This document shows, piece by piece, positions 37,558-49,763 of a stretch of 64,000 bases of DNA (positions are counted from its first letter, which is position 1; each line of letters starts with the position of its first letter). This DNA comes from Blastocladiella emersonii ATCC 22665 (taxonomy: Eukaryota; Fungi; Blastocladiomycota). The notes beneath the pieces are model-generated. The model was not told the DNA's origin, did no database searches, and was given only the letters and a program-made list of their open reading frames with translations. The translations under genes and the position numbers were made by a program. The DNA lies in NCBI GenBank assembly GCA_025594325.1, contig JANHCV010000013.1, forward strand, positions 186,001 to 250,000. Direction: 5' to 3'.

Positions 37558-39522
37558 ATGCACACACTTCGCCCCCCACCCGGACCGCCGCAAAGTGCCA
37601 CGGGCATCGACTTTGGCTCTCATAAAACGACGGTGGCATCGATCCACGGCGTTGGAGTCCATGTCGTGCCCAACAGCTCTGGCAAACGTTCGACGCCGTA
37701 CGTCTCTCTCCCTTGGCTGAGCCAGACCGCTGGACTGACTTGAAGCCCATGTAACAGTACGCTTGTATCGTTCGACGCACGCTCTCGCAGCGCAGGCGAG
37801 GCCGCTTTTGACCAACTGCTCTCAAACCGCGCCAACACCATTGGTGCCCTGAACCTTCTTGTTGGTCGCTCTGGTGCCACTGATGAGCCCAACGTGCTTG
37901 ACGACTTCGCTCGTTGCAACCCAGGCTTCTCCCCACGGACTCCGATAACGGGCGAAGCTGGCGCCCAAGTCTCTTACGGCGGCGAGCAGCATGTGTTTTC
38001 TGGAAGTCAGCTTGCCGGCTTGTTCCTGAGCAAGCTCAGACAGGAGACCAAGCAATTTACCTCCATTCCCGTGACCAACGCCGTCGTTGCAGTGCCTGCA
38101 TGGTTTCGACCTGCACAACGGCTCGCAATGCGGGAAGCTTGCCTTATCGGTGGTATCCATCCTGTCTGCATCCTGAACGACACGACGGCAGCTGCGCTCA
38201 ACTACTACCAGTCGCAAATTGACGGCATGGGCGGTGGTCCACAGCGTGTCATCATTGTTAGCGTCGGTTACACCTCCACCACAGTGTCTGCTGTCCACTT
38301 TGAACAGAACCACGTTCACGTACTGGCCACCGCGACGGAGGCACACGGTGGGCGCGACATTGACGACGAACTCATCGCTGCTGTGATTGGCGACGTGATG
38401 AAGAAGCACTCCGTTAAAGTTCCCGAAAACTCAAAGCTTCTTCACCGCTTGCATGTTGCCGTCGACAAGGCAAAGAAAATTCTGACTACCAACGAGGAGA
38501 CACTACTTCGCCTTGACGCCGTGACTGAATCCGCACATTACGAGCGCCTATTGACGAGAGCTGATATCGATCATTTCGTCAAGCCACTTGTCCAACGCCT
38601 GCGGGAGCACTTTGAACTCGTTTTGGATCGCTCGCGCTGGACCCCGGAGAGCGTGTATCGCGTTGAACTTGTTGGCGGGTCAACTCGTATCCCTCTCATT
38701 CAAAACAAGATCAATACGTGGTTCAACCGCGGAATTGTTGCTTTCACCCTCAACCAGGACGAGTCTGTTGCTCGAGGGTGCTCCCTAATGTGCGCGCGCT
38801 TACTTGGACTCGCGCACCCAGACCTTGTCTTCACGGACGTGTCACTTCAGTCCGTTGAGCTCTTACTTGGCTACTTCACCAAAACCGGCGAGTACACACT
38901 TGCTGGAAGCTGGCGTGCACTCAAAGAACATGATGTCGTCCCATCGACACGTTTCGTCGCTTACTGGGTACCTTCTGGTTGTCGTATTGGGCTCAAGCTG
39001 GTTGGCTTTCACGACTATGTTTCACAAGATTGTGTTCCCAGCATTTCTTCGAGAAGTGGGCATGAACTTGTCAAGGTTCGCGTCTATGTCAGCGTTGACG
39101 CAAGCCACATTGTTACAGTTACAGCCGTCTGCGCCTTCCTTCCAACTTCCGCCTCCTGTCACAAACGTGTGTGCCTCTCTATGACAGTACCCAGCGACAA
39201 CTGGCGGCGCACTCAGGTTGACATCATGGTCGAAAAGGAGGCCGAGATGGCCGCCAGGGACACCACCGTTGATGACTTCGACAGGGCCCGCAACGACCTC
39301 GAAGCAGCGATTCGCGGCGCACGTCGGCAGCTCAAGCGTATGAAGTTTGTGAGCGCTGCCGTTAATGATCCGCTCGACTACGTTGCGCGTTGGGCCGAAT
39401 CGCCAGAGGCGCAAACGGCATCCAAGGCTGAATACGTCCGGTACACGCAGTTCATCAGGAACGCAATGGCCGACAAGGCGGCGCTCGCGCTCCCCGCAGT
39501 CCCAGATCTTGCTATGCCATAG
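37558..39522 (+). CDS. Divergent Hsp110/Sse-like protein, ~634 aa; intron 37698-37757
   Basis: GIDFGS, STPTLVSF after splicing, VVAVPAWF, ILNDTTAAALNY, GGRDID, VELVGGSTRIP, TLNQDESVARGC. Confidence 0.85.
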
Positions 39523-39798
39523 CTTTTCTGCAGTACACGCAATGACTCGGGAGGCGGTTTCCGGATGCATGATCAAAACGCTCGCGCGTCTCTCGTAATC
39601 CTCCGTAATCCTCTCTTCAGCCTTGAGTTGGATTGCCATCATTTCCATGTGATTCGGTTTTTTTTTGAAGTCCCTAATACACGCAAGTATCCCTGAACTC
39701 TTTCTACCTTGAAATTCTTCCGTGTTCACACAAAAGTCGCGTCCACGCACCACCCACGCCGCGAGGTTCACGGCCGCCGCCGTCCAGATGGTGCCCGC

Positions 39799-40636
39799 AC
39801 TAATCGCATTATATTGGAAACACAGCTCAGCCGAAGACGTTAAACGCAGCCAAAAAGACGGGCGTCCCGAAGGGGCGCTCGCGTGCTGTCCATGACGGAT
39901 TGACGACGGGGTTCGCGGCGACCTAGGTGCCGCGGCCCGCCGTGTCACTGTCGCTCAGTTGAGGCGCAGTCACGTCAGGGTCGGTTGAGGTAGTGCTCGT
40001 CAATAGGACGAGACTCGGTCGGAGTACCGTGGAGAAGCTGCTCGACGATGGTCGCGCGGGCGGCGGCGATCGTGTCGCAGCGAGCTTTGGTCTTGGTCAT
40101 GGTCTTGGGGTTCTCGTGGTCCGACTCCTTCTTGCCGCACGTCGGGCAGCGACCGGGCACGCGTAGGGGTGCATTGGGGTCGCGGCCGGTGGCGGTCGAG
40201 TAGTTGGCGCGGCGCTGGCCGCGGCGGCGGGGAGGGCGTGGGCCGCGCTCGCGCGTCGCGCCGCGTTCGTCGGCCTGGGACTGGGCGAACCGCTTCCACA
40301 CGTCGGCGTGGACGGTTGAGGAGGCGGAGACGAGCAGGCGCACCACGAGCTGGCGCGCGGACGGGAGCGGCGCGCCGAGATCCAGCGCGGCGGCCTGGGC
40401 GGGGGCGTTCTGCTCTCGTGCGGCGGCGCGAGCAGCAGCGAGGGCGGCCTGGCGCGCCTCGATGGCGGCCGCGGTCGCGGGCTCGAGGAACACCCAGCGG
40501 CAGTCGCGGATCATGGCCTTGGTGATGACGCCAGCGCCCAGGCGCATCCACGCGGCAGCGCGGTTCTTGAGCGCGTCGGCGTGCGCCTAGACCTGCGCGG
40601 CGTGTCGCCGCTGAGCCGCTGCGCCAGCGTGGGCGG
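39799..40636 (-). mobile_element. 5'-truncated 3' fragment of a second, diverged non-LTR element
   Basis: ORF 39975-40547 carries C-x2-C-x6-H-x12-C, like the tail of the 21209-23131 ORF. It is flanked by the 15-bp direct repeat CCAGATGGTGCCCGC at 39784-39798 and 40637-40651. An alternative 3' end is the T9 at 39658-39666. Confidence 0.6.
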
Positions 40637-41587
40637 CCAGATGGTGCCCGCGCACTCCCTGCCTCTTTTTCTTGAGCTTAATCCTGCAACCAACACGACT
40701 GGGCACAACACATACCGGCGGGCGTCTTCACAGGTTGCCTCCAAGGAACTGCCCTCCGACCGCTCGATGCCCAAAATTGGACAGCAGCGAGACCTCCGCG
40801 CCTCGGACCACCAGCAGCTGCTAACTCCGTTTACGCAGAAGAGTGCAGCGTTTATTGGGATGCCCTGGAAATTCTCTTCCTTGCGTGCGGCGTCTGCAAC
40901 GAGACTATGGCGCCATTTTGCTGGATTGGATGTCCTTTCCTTCCTAATATGCCTCGCCTTCGCGCCAGTCGCAAGTCGCTAGTCGCTGCTTGCCACGGCG
41001 TGAATTGGCGAGACCCTTAGTTCTTCCTGACATGTAGCCCAAGCTGGACTCGGAGGCATGGCCGTCCTCCAGCGAGATTATGGCGGCAGTGGCTCGGGCC
41101 GTGGTCGGGTGTCCAGTCCACGACAACAATGACCACGACCGTGATCGCAGTGGGCAGCGGAGTACGCAACTTGGATAAATGGGCGAGATCAAAACCTACC
41201 TCACAGCCGCGGAATTGGGCTCGACGGATAATCATGTCCACCAGACTGCGTTAGTTCGGAGATCAACACCGGCACTGAGTGCGGAACTGGGCTCGAGACC
41301 GCGCCGAAGGGTCCACCCCTTTGTCGATACGAAGAGCAAAATTTTCGTTTCTTCGTATGCATTTAGTCAGATATTTGTCTCCAGGGCATTCTTGGGAATG
41401 ACGGCCACATCCCAACCACTCGACCGCACGCGCTGAGAGACGCGCCGCGCCACGCACGTGTCGGAAATGAGTGACGTCATCGGGAAAACCGCTCACTTCG
41501 AGCGCCTTGTCAACGCAGGAATCGACCGACGGGTTCAAAGAAGCGCAGTCAGATGCATGTAGTTGTATTGCGAGTGAGGAGACGGTT

Positions 41588-42622
41588 TCACGGCGACTCG
41601 GTCCAGGTGGTGCCCTCCGTCGCCGGGTCGAGCGCGTACAGCTGGACGCCAATGGTCGCACCACTCTCCACGTCCCGCTCGGGGTGCGGCAGCACGCCGT
41701 ACACGCGCTTGACCGTGGCCTCGAGCTCGGCGTGGGTCACGGCGCCGCGGTTGGCAAAGATGAGGACCGTCGGGCCGGCGCCCGAGACGCACGCGCCCAG
41801 AATGCCCGCCGGGTGGGCGTCGCGCAGCGCGCCCCGCAGCTCGCGGAAGCCCGGGATCAGGTGCTCGCGGAACGGCTGGTGGATCACGTCGTCGAGCAGG
41901 TGCCCAAAGACCTCGGGCGTGCGGTGCGGCAGCAGCGTGCCGGCGCTCGGGTTGGCGAGCAGGTGCGTCAGCAGCGTGACGCGCTGCAGCGAGTGGACGA
42001 CGTCGTGCGTCGAGTAGGACCCGGGCAGGGCGGCGCGCGCGAGCGCCGTGGGCGTGTGGTAGTCGGGGACAGCCGCGAACAGGGCAATGTGCTCCGAGTC
42101 GAACGGCAGCTGCACGCTGTACACGTCGTTTTCGCGGGTAGTGTAGGAAGCGACGAAGCCGCCGAGCAGCGACGCGGCGACATTGTCGGGGTGGCCCTCG
42201 ATGGCGACGCACCGCTCGAGCAGCGCCTGGCGGTCCCAGTCGAAGCCGCCGACCCACCGCGCGAGCACGACGCCGGCGACGACGGCCGACCCGCTGCTGC
42301 CGAGCCCGCGGCCGAGCGGGATCGGGTTGTCAATGTGGACGGCGAGGCGGCCGGCCTGTGGTTTGGGCGACGAGGACGGGAGCGTGTCGAGCATGGTGGC
42401 CGCGACGAGGTTCTTGCGCGGGTCGCACGAGATGGTGGCGGCGTCGCTGCCCTCGTACGTGACCTCGGTGACGTGGAGCGCATCCAAAGAAGCGTCGGGC
42501 GTGAAGGTGGCGCGCACGTCGAGGTACAGGCCGTGGGCGAGGCCGAGCGTGTCGTAGCCCGGGCCGAGGTTGGCGGATGACGCGGGGACGCGGAGGGCGA
42601 TAAATCGTGCGGCCATGTTCAT
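41588..42622 (-). CDS. THR1: Homoserine kinase (GHMP family), ~344 aa
   Basis: RVPASSANLGPGYDTLGLA, NPIPLGRGLGSSGSA, EGHPDNVAASLLGG, CVSGAGPT. Confidence 0.96.
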   Translation of the reverse strand: MNMAARFIALRVPASSANLGPGYDTLGLAHGLYLDVRATFTPDASLDALHVTEVTYEGSDAATISCDPRKNLVAATMLDTLPSSSPKPQAGRLAVHIDNPIPLGRGLGSSGSAVVAGVVLARWVGGFDWDRQALLERCVAIEGHPDNVAASLLGGFVASYTTRENDVYSVQLPFDSEHIALFAAVPDYHTPTALARAALPGSYSTHDVVHSLQRVTLLTHLLANPSAGTLLPHRTPEVFGHLLDDVIHQPFREHLIPGFRELRGALRDAHPAGILGACVSGAGPTVLIFANRGAVTHAELEATVKRVYGVLPHPERDVESGATIGVQLYALDPATEGTTWTESP

Positions 42623-42860
42623 GAGCTTTGCATTTGGTCGTTGTTGCAAGGGGGGCGAGAGAGGGCGGCCGGTTTTATAGCGCGGGGACTCTGACGCCGA
42701 GCGGCTGCGAGTGGCTTTGCGGGCGCCGGGTGAGTCGCGGCCCACGTGGAGGCCGCCGATCGCATCTCTGTGCGAAACGTGATTTCGCGACGCGTCTCTC
42801 GCCCGTCTCGAGGAGGCACAACCACAGATGTATGAATATGAACAGGGGATATCGCACAAA

Positions 42861-45800
42861 TCAAAAGTTCTCCTTGGCAAACACGAAAAACGTGTCGCTC
42901 GTCGCGTTCATCTCGCGCACCATGCCGTAAATCTCCTTGCCGAGCGGCTTGGGCCCGCAGAAGAAGACGCCGACCTTGCCACTCCCAGTAGTACGAGAGC
43001 AGCCCGCCGCCGCCAACCGCGCCGTCTGCTGGAAGATGGACGCCCAGTCGGGCCGCCCCCACACGACCGTCGAGTCCTCGAGCCCCGTCAGCGGGCACAC
43101 GCCGCCGCGCTGCCGCTGCAGCAGCCGGAGCCCCCACCACAGCAGAAACGACGACAGCTCGGCCGACCCGTCCGCCGCGCACGTCAGGAACGTGTGCACC
43201 CGCAGCACGCGCCGCGCCCGCGGGTCGACGCCGCGCAGCACCTCGGCCATCCACTTGAACCCGCGCTGGTCGCGGTTGATCCAGAAGAAGTCGACGCGCC
43301 GCACCGCCGACGTCCACCCAGCGTCGGTTCCCGGCTTCTCGGGGTCGTTTCCATTCGGTACCGTTTTACTCGGACCAGTCGGCTGCTGCTCCTGCACCAG
43401 GTACTCGATCTGCTTGAGAATCGACAGGAACGGCGTCGCGCCCACCCCCGTCGCAATGAACATGACCTGGTCGTACTCGAAAAACTCTTGCGACGCCGCG
43501 CCAAACGGACCGTCCACGTACACTGCGGGCGCCGCCGCTGCCGTCAATGTCATGACACGCTGCAACACCCGCTGCTGGTGTTGTTGCCGCCCCGCTGCGC
43601 CGTCACCGCGTGAACCCGCTCCGGGACCCGAACCCGAGAACACGACCGTCTCGGCCATGGGCGCCAGCAGGTCGAACAGCGCGCCCGTCCAGTCGCCCGC
43701 CCGCTTCACCCGCAGCGACAGGAACGGGTCCGCGCTCGCCGAGGTCAGCGTGAACGGGTGCCACTGCCACCGCGAGATTGATGGGATATTCAGGAACACG
43801 TACTGCCCGCTCACGTACCCGCCCAGGTGCGCCGGCCGCTCCAGCACCAGCACCAGCGTGTCGGCCTGGATCCGCGCGTGCAGCACGGGCACCGCCGACC
43901 GCGACCGCCACACCCGCAGGAACCGCTCGCCCGCGTACACGGCCACCGGGCCCACCAGGTACTTCCACGCCGCCGGCGGGCTCAGCAGCTGCGCCGCCCC
44001 GTGCAGCAGCAGCAGCACCACGATCAGCACAAACAGGTGGTGCACCGTGAAGAAGGTGTCAAAGTGCCAGCGCCGGAACCGCACCGTCGACGTGGCCGCC
44101 AGCAGCCCAAACAGCACGACGAGCGCCCACCCGGTGCTGCCCGGGATCGACAGCAGCATCAGGTCCCAGTACCCGACCGGCGGCAGCTTGACCACGGCAC
44201 GCGCCGCCTCGGACCCGGCCAGCGCGGGGAACGAGCCCGCGACGTGGCACAGCGTGTGCACCGCCGACGCCGCGACCACCACGAACCCGCAGTACCGGTG
44301 CCACACAATGTGCTTGTTAATGGGGATCCAGTTGAGCCCCGGCACGCTGCGCATCGCCGTCAGCGCGGTGCGGCACACGAGCAGGAACTGCAGCGCCAGC
44401 GTGAGCATCAGCAGGTGCGCCGACCCCTTGGCGACCGACACCCACAGCCCAAAGTGCTCGCGCACCGCGGGCACCGACGCGTACTTGACAAACTGGTACA
44501 GGAACGTGGTGAGCCCCGCGGCCGTGAACAGGGCGACGCACGCGAGCTTTGGGCCCTCGAGCTTGAGGTAGCTCTGCAGCGGCGACGGTCTCTGGGTTGG
44601 GGGTTGTCTTTCGGGTGCGGTGGAGGGGGCAGATGAGGACGCGGATGACGAAGCGGCCGAGCCACGATGCTCGGTGCGGACGGGTGCAGGTTTCGTCGGT
44701 GGCGGCGGGGTCGGCTCGAACGTGTGGTGAAAGATCTGCGACGACCGGCGGAGCAGCCACTGCGACGCATCCTTGACGTACGAGGCACGGCTGCGACCGA
44801 CGGGTCCACCATCACCACTACCCGTCGTGCGGGAGGTGGGACCCGCGAACCCCTGCAGCGTCGGCGACATGGGCATCCCGGCCGTCGCGGCGAGGTAGTC
44901 GTTCTCGAACAGGTCAACGTCGCGCGCACGCCCACCCGCAATGGTCGGAGCGAGCGGCAGCCCGATGCGCGACAGGTCCCACTGCCGCGTCACCAGCGTG
45001 AAATCGTGGTGCGACACGACACCGTCGCGGTCCACGTCGAGCCGCGCCAGCAGCACGTCGACGAGCGCGTCCACATCCGCCGGGTCGAGGTACAGCGAGT
45101 TGGCGGCGAGCGCGCGGTCCACGACGGCCGCAATCGCGTCGCGGTCGACCACGCCCAGCGTCGACGACCCCTCGAGCAGCAGCCGGTACAGCAGGTCCGT
45201 CTTGGCCTCGGTCGCCTTGTGGTCGAGCGCGACCGCGCCCGACGACGACAGCAGCGCGACGAGCGGGATGAACTGGCCGAGGTCGAGCTCGAGCACCTCG
45301 CCGTCGGTGGCGTCGAGCGGGCGGATCCCGAGCATGGCGCGGACCGCCGGCGGGTGCGCGTCGAGCCGCGGCACGAGCTGCTTGAGCTGCCCCGCCGTGA
45401 TGACGACGCGGTCCGTGTCCTCGGGCAGCTGCGGCACGACGAGCGCGGGTGTTTGTGGTTCCGTGGTCGTGGTGGTGGCGGCGGTGGTCGGGGAGACGAG
45501 GGTCTCGCCGCCGAGCGAGCGGTCGAGGGACGACGCCGGCTGGTGCGTGGCCGTGAGGGGCGACGACGCGGATGCGACCATTTCCTGGAGCGAGGCAAAC
45601 TCGTCGCGGCCGAGCGAGCGCATCACAACCATGGGCGCGCTGCGGTCCGAGCGCGGCAGCGAGTAGAACTGGCCGGGCTCGAGCTTCAGTTCCGTCGTGG
45701 GCGAGGAACCGGAAGGCGACGCGCGGGGCACGTTGAGGCGGTTGAGCGTCGCGGGGCCACTGCCACCGACGCCCGGCAGCGGGCTGAGAAGCGGGCCCGA

Positions 45801-46754
45801 CGCGGACGGCTTGCGACGACCAAGGGTGGCGGCGCGGCGGACGGTGCGCGAAATGGACGGGAACTGCCAGCCGGAGCCGGCGCGGGTGGGTGAGGGCTCG
45901 CGCGACTGGGTCGGCGTGATGCGGACGCCGCCCAGCGCGGCCAGATCGACGCGGAGGGCGGGTCGCTCGGCGGCGAGATCAAGCGACTGGACGAGCATCG
46001 ACGCACGCGGAGCTGTATGGGTGGTGGTCTCGTCGAGTTTGGGGGAAAGCGGAGGAGGTGGGGCCCCGCGGTGCTGCAGGAACGAGTGCAGGCCGCTGCC
46101 GACGTCGCTGCCCGGCGCGTCGCTCGGGTGCAGCGACGACGCGGCGCAGTCAAGCGACATGGGGCGGAGGCGGGGCGACTTGATTGTAGTGGAGGAGGTG
46201 GCGTTCTCGTAGTCGACGCCGAGCGAGTCGAGGTAGCGGCGCATCAGGTTGCTGCTCGTCGCCGCCGTGGCGGCCGTCGTGGTGTCGGCGGGAATCGAGG
46301 TGCTGACGACGCTGCCGGGGCGCGAAGCGACGCGGGCGGGCAGCGAGTCGGGGTCGAGGAGCTCGCGGTCGAGGCGCGAGCCGGACGTGGGCGAGGCGCG
46401 CGTCGACAGCACCGTATCGTGCTCCTCCTCGTGATCCGACACGTCCTCGCCATCGCCGCGGTCCGACAGGGTGCGGTATATGGAGATGAGGCGCGTGTTG
46501 CTGGTCAGGCTCGACAGCGCGCTGGCCGAGGCAAACGACGCGACGGCGGGGCGGCCCGTCGCCCGCCGAGTAGCGGGATCGAGGGCAGGTCCGTCGGTGC
46601 GGAGTGGGTGATACATGGCGGGTTCGGGCTCGCGTCGTGGCAGACTGGCAGCCGTTCGAGGAGGCGGTGGCGAGCGGGGAGAGGCGAGCTGATCCGCCGC
46701 TGCTGCAGCGGGTGCGGGTGCGGGTGGCGAAGCGTGTCGTTCGTCGTTGGCCAT
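42861..46754 (-). CDS. EF-hand NADPH oxidase (NoxC/NOX5/RBOH-type) with a long low-complexity N-terminus, ~1297 aa
   Basis: EF-hand DVDRDGVVSHHDF; haem His pairs (WHRY...VHTLCH, HHLF...LHG); SGQYVFL, WHPFTLTS, VDGPFG, ATGVGATPF, FFCGP, terminal KENF. Start is uncertain (upstream in-frame codons to 47063). Confidence 0.93.
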   Translation of the reverse strand: MANDERHASPPAPAPAAAAADQLASPRSPPPPRTAASLPRREPEPAMYHPLRTDGPALDPATRRATGRPAVASFASASALSSLTSNTRLISIYRTLSDRGDGEDVSDHEEEHDTVLSTRASPTSGSRLDRELLDPDSLPARVASRPGSVVSTSIPADTTTAATAATSSNLMRRYLDSLGVDYENATSSTTIKSPRLRPMSLDCAASSLHPSDAPGSDVGSGLHSFLQHRGAPPPPLSPKLDETTTHTAPRASMLVQSLDLAAERPALRVDLAALGGVRITPTQSREPSPTRAGSGWQFPSISRTVRRAATLGRRKPSASGPLLSPLPGVGGSGPATLNRLNVPRASPSGSSPTTELKLEPGQFYSLPRSDRSAPMVVMRSLGRDEFASLQEMVASASSPLTATHQPASSLDRSLGGETLVSPTTAATTTTTEPQTPALVVPQLPEDTDRVVITAGQLKQLVPRLDAHPPAVRAMLGIRPLDATDGEVLELDLGQFIPLVALLSSSGAVALDHKATEAKTDLLYRLLLEGSSTLGVVDRDAIAAVVDRALAANSLYLDPADVDALVDVLLARLDVDRDGVVSHHDFTLVTRQWDLSRIGLPLAPTIAGGRARDVDLFENDYLAATAGMPMSPTLQGFAGPTSRTTGSGDGGPVGRSRASYVKDASQWLLRRSSQIFHHTFEPTPPPPTKPAPVRTEHRGSAASSSASSSAPSTAPERQPPTQRPSPLQSYLKLEGPKLACVALFTAAGLTTFLYQFVKYASVPAVREHFGLWVSVAKGSAHLLMLTLALQFLLVCRTALTAMRSVPGLNWIPINKHIVWHRYCGFVVVAASAVHTLCHVAGSFPALAGSEAARAVVKLPPVGYWDLMLLSIPGSTGWALVVLFGLLAATSTVRFRRWHFDTFFTVHHLFVLIVVLLLLHGAAQLLSPPAAWKYLVGPVAVYAGERFLRVWRSRSAVPVLHARIQADTLVLVLERPAHLGGYVSGQYVFLNIPSISRWQWHPFTLTSASADPFLSLRVKRAGDWTGALFDLLAPMAETVVFSGSGPGAGSRGDGAAGRQQHQQRVLQRVMTLTAAAAPAVYVDGPFGAASQEFFEYDQVMFIATGVGATPFLSILKQIEYLVQEQQPTGPSKTVPNGNDPEKPGTDAGWTSAVRRVDFFWINRDQRGFKWMAEVLRGVDPRARRVLRVHTFLTCAADGSAELSSFLLWWGLRLLQRQRGGVCPLTGLEDSTVVWGRPDWASIFQQTARLAAAGCSRTTGSGKVGVFFCGPKPLGKEIYGMVREMNATSDTFFVFAKENF

Positions 46755-47518
46755 GGCCTGAACACCGCGGGCGGGCGATCGTGATTGGTTAGCGACTTCA
46801 TCCGGCGCTGATTGGTCGTCCCTGGGTGCGTCGATGCTGCGCCACAACACGCGTGAAGATCGCACGCACCTCTGCTCTGCTGCCGGTGCTGTACATCTAT
46901 CGTCTATCGTTGGTCTGCGTATCGGACCACGACCGAGAGCGTGGGTCCCTTGCGGTCTTCCCCGCAGCACAGCACCGCCATCGCGGCGACCAGCGAGCGG
47001 CACTCGAACCGCTAAGCCGACTTCGTGCAACGTCTGGCATGGCGCCGCCGCATTGTGAAACAACGCCGAAGCGTCGCGCCTTCATGGCCGCGCGGCTCGG
47101 CGGTCCCTGGCCATGAACCGCTGTTCTGCGGCCCGAACAACAGAGTTTGCGCCGAGTGTCGTGCTTCATGGTTGCGTCGTGGTGCATGACTTCGTTGGAG
47201 ACGCGACGCGACGGCGAACGATGCGTCGGGTGGGAACCCCTGACCCCCGAGCCGCATCTCCCACCTTCGCGAGCTATGGTCGATCGCGTCGATCGACTGA
47301 CTAACCGAATCGACCCAGGGACTTCCTCGCGAAGCCGAGCCGATGGAAAAGTGTCTCGCACGCTGTCTCGCACCTGAGCCCATCAGCCACCCACGTGGTG
47401 CCGCTGCGATTTTCATTCGGGGCCATCCCTGGCCTGACCTGACCACCGAATTCGTCCCCTCTTGGGTGCCCTCGCTCTCGCTCCCGTTGCTGGAACCCCC
47501 TGAGCTCGACGTAACACC

Positions 47519-49763
47519 ATGGACATGAACGACGCCGTCGACTCGGACCCGACGTCGGGCGACACTTGCAACTTTGCCACCACGCTGACCGCCGCGGGGA
47601 CCCGCTTCCGGGTCGTCCCTGCTGTCGCCGCTGCCGCTGCGGAACCGGCAACGGCGACCAAGGACGCCAAGGGGTGCACCGTCATCGTGCTCGGCTCCGA
47701 GGACCACGTCCAGGTCCTCGTCGAGCGCATCCGCGAAATCTCGGCCCTGCTCACCCGCGCCGACCGCGTCCTCACCCACGCCGCCTTCGAGTCGACCACC
47801 GGCGAGGTTGCCCAGCGTGTCAACGAGCTGCGCTTCCTGCGCACCCACCCGGACCAGTTTCCTAATGCCGCGACCGAGCTGTCGCCTCACCTCGCCACTT
47901 TGCTCGCCAAGCGCCAGTGCGTCCCTGCCGAGCCTCGCCGCGACTCTCTCGGTACGGCCCTTTGCTTGCTTGATCACTCGCAGTCACGCACTCACGCCCG
48001 AGATCGACCAGAGGCCGGACCCTCGCCGGCCGAGCTGGCCACTGATGCGCCCAAAGGGGAGGAGGAACCGGGCTTCGACATGGACGCCTATGTGAGCACC
48101 AATGACGCCGCCGACTCGTCCTCGCTCACCAGCAGCCAAAAGGAAATGATCCACGTCACCGCCTCCACGTTCGGCGAGCTGCAGCGGTACCAGGAGATTG
48201 AGCTCGACGACGAGCACGAGCAGCTGCTCCGCCGCCCGCTCGTCCGCCAGTACTTTGTCGACGGCGTCCTCCACCGCGCCGCCAAAAAGATGCACGTCCC
48301 GTGGCAGGAGCTGTTCCAGGACCTCATCTACGTCGCGGCCATCGCCAAGGCCGGCTACGTGCTGCACCACGACATGTCGTGGGCCGGTCTCGCCCGCTTC
48401 ACGCTCGTCTACATTCCCATCTTCTTGTACGTTACTCTTGGTCCTTGCGCTAAAGGATCCCACTGACACACGTCCCCCAAAAAGCCACTGGACCATGATG
48501 ACGCTGTACAACAACCGCTTCGTTCACAACGACCTGTTCCACAAGTTCTACACCATCGTGCAGATGCTGTGCGTCACGTACATGGCCAGCAACTGCGCCA
48601 ACGCCTTTGACCCGGCGCCCGCCGTCAACACGTCCGCGGGGTACCTGCTCGCCGTCGTCGCGTCCATGGCCGCCAACATGCTCGCGCACGCGTGGGTCGC
48701 TGCGGCCAACGACACGGTGCGCCACCACGTCCTCGTGCTCGCGGGGATCCGCGTCCCGGAGCTCTCGCTGTTCCTCGCCGCCGCGCTCGTCCCCGCCGGG
48801 TCAACCTCCCAGTTCGCCCTGTGGTCGGCCGCCATCGGGACGGCCAGCGTGCTGCACCTGTCGAACGGCGCCCTCATGCGCCGCATCCGCGGGCCCGTCC
48901 TCGCCGTCAACATCGAGCACCTCGCCGAGCGCTACGGCCTGTACGTGATTGTCGTGCTGGGCGAGATTGCCGTGGCCATCATCTTCGAGAGCACCGCGTC
49001 GAGCGGCGCGACGCCGTGGCTCGCGGCCGCGTTCGGCCTGCTCACGGGCTACGCGCTGCAGTTTATCTACTTTCGCGTCGAGGCCGCCTCGCACCGCATG
49101 CACGCCATCCGTCGCAGCGTTCAGGTACGTTTTGCACTGCTCACTTGACCCTCGCCGCGGCTCACACGCAACGAGTAGACGGGCCTGGCGTGGAGTCTGG
49201 GTCACATTCCGCTCGGCTGGGCCATCGTGGCGCTCGGTGCGGGTATCGCGAACCTCGTCGCGCAGACCGTCGTCGCTCCGCCCATGTCGATTCTCAACGC
49301 GGGCACCGCCCCGATGGCACTCAAGGATGCAGGCAACACGCTGATTCAGCTCGCCTCGGGCGGCGGCGGCGCCAGCACGGATCCGTCGTTGGTCGCGCCG
49401 TTCCTCCACTGGGTCTACTGGTCGTTGCTCTCGCTCACGTTCGCCATCATGGGCTGCCTCGGCCTGCTCCACCTCGACGACAAGTCGGTCACGCACACGA
49501 TCCCGCGCCGCACGCTGATCCTCTCGCGGTTCGCGTTCGCCGCCCTGTTCCTCGTTCTCGGCGGCCTCGGCACGGATAGCGTCGGCCACTTCACGCCGCT
49601 CGAGAGCCTCGGGCTCGGCGCCGCGGTCTCGGTCCTCGCCATGATTGTCGAGGAGGTGGGCGGCCTGTGCTCCAAGCGCAAGACCCCGCCGAGCGGGCTC
49701 TTTGCCAGGACGCAGCGCCGTCCGTCCATTTCGGGTCAGGCGATGTTCAAGGAAAACGTTTGA
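47519..49763 (+). CDS. LtrA (low temperature requirement A)-family multi-pass membrane protein, ~710 aa; introns 48427-48484 and 49125-49178
   Basis: WQELFQDLIYVAAIAK and EHLAERYGLYVIVVLGE. Two GTACGT...AG introns give a continuous frame. Confidence 0.85.

Noticed and set aside
26561-42622. Amino-acid biosynthetic gene cluster (DAHP synthase plus homoserine kinase)
   Set aside because: The genes belong to different pathways, lie 14 kb apart and are separated by unrelated genes.
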